A stretch of DNA of 64,000 nucleotides from Glycera tridactyla (Eukaryota): NCBI GenBank assembly GCA_965644265.1, contig OZ286468.1, forward strand, positions 49,910,001 to 49,974,000, given 5' to 3'. Positions 62,331-64,000 of this stretch are shown here, piece by piece. Under the pieces are notes generated by a model, which was not told the DNA's origin, did not search any database, and saw only the letters and a list, made by a program, of their open reading frames with translations. How positions within the stretch are numbered: position 1 is the stretch's first letter; each line of letters starts with the position of its first letter. Position numbers and translations under genes: made by a program.

Positions 62331-64000
62331 TTTTTCCAAAATTATCTCTGCAGACCTGCCAACCTTGGAAGCAGTGAATCAGTAATCAGGAAGACCATTT
62401 AAAGTAATTTGACCCTCTTTTCAGTAATGAAATTCCTCGTTTTCAGTAAGACATCAGTAATCGTGTCGGAATCACGGGTTCGGTCCAAGAATATGATTAA
62501 TTCATATAGAACATCATGAAACTAAATAAACATGAAGAATAAGGCACGGAATGTCATCTTTTCAAGTCAAAATTAGGCTTGTCTCCATCTCTCAATGCAA
62601 GAACTGTAGCCGGTCTGTATGTGTTATCTGACAGCAAGCTGAAACCACTCATCCACACTATTTTTAGCATTCTAAAAAATTGCTTCATCACTGTTGGAAA
62701 AATTTTGACACCTTGCTTTGGTTGGCTGGCTAACATCATGTCTGTTTCTTCAATAGCTACAGGGGGCAGTACCAACAACAGTGAAACCTGCGACAAGAGA
62801 CCAACAGACAAGAGACCACCTCTGACGGGAGACCCCTTTTTCTGGGCAGCATTTTTATTTGACATAGTCAAATATACCTCCGATGAGAGACCACCTCTTA
62901 TGAGAGACCGCTTTTTGCTGACATTTAGGGCGGTCTCTCGTCGCAGGTTTCACTGCATCTCCTGCCTGATAAAAGCATGAATGTTCAGTGAAGCCAGTCT
63001 GTGTGCAGAGCGATTGATTGCAACTTCTGTGAAATGATCTTCATTACCTTCAATTTGAGACACTATAAAGTATTTAGCTACATGTATATGAAAAAGTCAA
63101 ATAAGAAACTTCACTTAACACTTCACACATCACAGAGAAATTTCACTTAATAGACAAATATGAATATAACAAATATTCCTTGACTAGAGGGGTGAGGGTG
63201 AGGGGTTGGGGGATATGGTGAGTGCATGGTGCCAGGGATGGGTGTGTTGCTGGCAAGTGGTTGTCATGGGGATGACAGGAGCCCCTTGCTCAACAGGAGC
63301 CCCTTGACTGTTTACCTATAGTTGGTTCCATTCACAGTTGGTATAGTGTCCATCGAGGTATGTCCAAATGATGCCAATGCTGTGACTTGGCACAATGCAT
63401 TAGGAAGCCACATTATGAATCTGGGATGGACTGTAGCAGGATGCAGTACCAGTCCCCTCCTAAAAGCGTAATAATTGACTACCAGGCCGTAATGGCGTAA
63501 TAGAGGGGTGAAAATCGTAATCATTATGCTTAAATTGGAATGGTTGGCAACTCTGTTACAGTTGAGACACAATACAGATGTCTACCACTAGTAGTTGATA
63601 CTCAGATTCCATGCTCTTCATCCCACAAAATCAAAGAATCAGATCAATGTGAATTGGATATGTGAAAGAGTGAATTGGTACATGATTTTTTTTATGTGCC
63701 TAAAATAGCTTTATGTAACCAATCACCTACCCGAACAATACCAAGGGTAGCAATATGCGAATTTTTCTCTGGTGACAACAAATCTTGGAAGAATATGAAA
63801 TTGTTAAAATCATTTGGCAGTGATGGGGTGAGTGGCCGAATAGTGATGAATACAGTACCAAGAACCTCTCAGAATCATATCAGGTGGTCTCATACTGGAG
63901 GTATAGGACTACAGTATAGGACAAATGGTTTCTCTCATACAGCTTCTCTGCAGGAGTCAAATCTCCATGCTTGATGCAGCTATAACATCACCAAATTCAA

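Noticed and set aside
63940-63974. SLQES, resembling the BRCA1 post-RING motif
   Set aside because: On the plus (wrong) strand and followed by a stop; coincidence.

Overview
Eukaryotic (animal, probably marine invertebrate) genomic DNA; the taxon cannot be fixed from the window. I found no CRISPR array, rRNA or convincing tRNA. The window holds two spliced minus-strand genes, both rebuilt by hand with phase-consistent GT-AG introns. (1) A Spinster-related MFS transporter at 213-24095 (13 coding exons, ~651 aa). Its N-tail starts with two acidic NPF motifs, followed by three symmetric phase-2 cassette exons that the ORF track does not show as such. (2) A giant BRCA1 orthologue, 32708 to at least 58823 (~3,990 aa from the Met at 58823, versus 1,863 aa in human), with tandem BRCTs, a PALB2-type coiled coil and exon-11-type motifs. 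No RING domain is visible in the window. Two CpG-rich promoter-like modules with the same motif order (~59.0-59.35 kb and ~61.7-62.3 kb) lie upstream of an exon beginning with a canonical PCNA PIP box (MAQRRITCFF), suggesting a RING-less, PCNA-tethered BRCA1 isoform. Introns and intergenic DNA are packed with Tc1/pogo-like and hAT-like MITEs, Helentron-like elements and an (AAAC)n-tailed retroposon family. One internal segment of that retroposon has been amplified into an 83-bp satellite with a 749-bp higher-order repeat. All alignments and counts were done by eye.
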